Shown: in pieces, positions 63,973 to 64,000 of the stretch
Numbering within the stretch: the stretch's first letter is position 1
How the letters are laid out: every line of letters begins with the position of its first letter
Assembly (NCBI GenBank): GCA_951406725.2
Contig: OX597818.1
Coordinates: 47,988,001 to 48,052,000, forward strand
Length of the DNA: 64,000 nucleotides
Direction of reading: 5' to 3'
Source: Octopus vulgaris
Taxonomy: Eukaryota
Made by a program: the position numbers and the translations under genes
The notes under the pieces: model-generated
Databases searched by the model: none
Told to the model about the DNA's origin: nothing
The model's input: the letters and a program-made list of their open reading frames with translations, nothing else

Positions 63973-64000
63973 GGATCTTTTCGGTTTGACCGGCAGTTTT
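63973..64000. mobile_element. Left TIR of a third copy of the TTAGGG-MITE family, cut by the window edge
   Basis: ggatcttttcggtttgaccggcagtttt, identical to 46624-46651. Confidence 0.85.

Overview
AT-rich, microsatellite-dense animal DNA with no host protein-coding exon, rRNA or bona fide tRNA that I can support. The repeat repertoire (tRNA-headed SINEs resembling the Octopus OK/OR types, very dense TA/TAA/CTAT/TATG tracts) points to a coleoid cephalopod, probably Octopus; this is inference, not a database result. The window is a palimpsest of mobile elements. LINEs: R4/Dong-like elements (one long 3' ORF at 15.7-16.9 kb and five co-oriented copies at 31.5-37.9 kb, one near full length), plus RTE, Tx1/L1-like and I-clade fragments. 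Penelope-like elements (PLEs) carry hammerhead-ribozyme motifs. DNA elements: a fossil piggyBac transposase, a deleted mariner, non-autonomous Helitrons and several MITEs/foldbacks. At least four SINE families are present (my labels A-D). Most ORFs in the supplied track are microsatellite or SINE artefacts. Best leads: (1) an inverted PLE whose terminal repeat pairs a tRNA-like Pol III cassette with a minimal hammerhead; (2) a SINE whose tail re-enters its own tRNA-like hairpin at one fixed nucleotide and whose tail matches a Tx1-like LINE 3' end in the same window; (3) a MITE with internal TTAGGG repeats and an 8-bp TSD; (4) a two-donor templated insertion scar. Coordinates were read by eye and may be off by a few bases, more for degraded elements.
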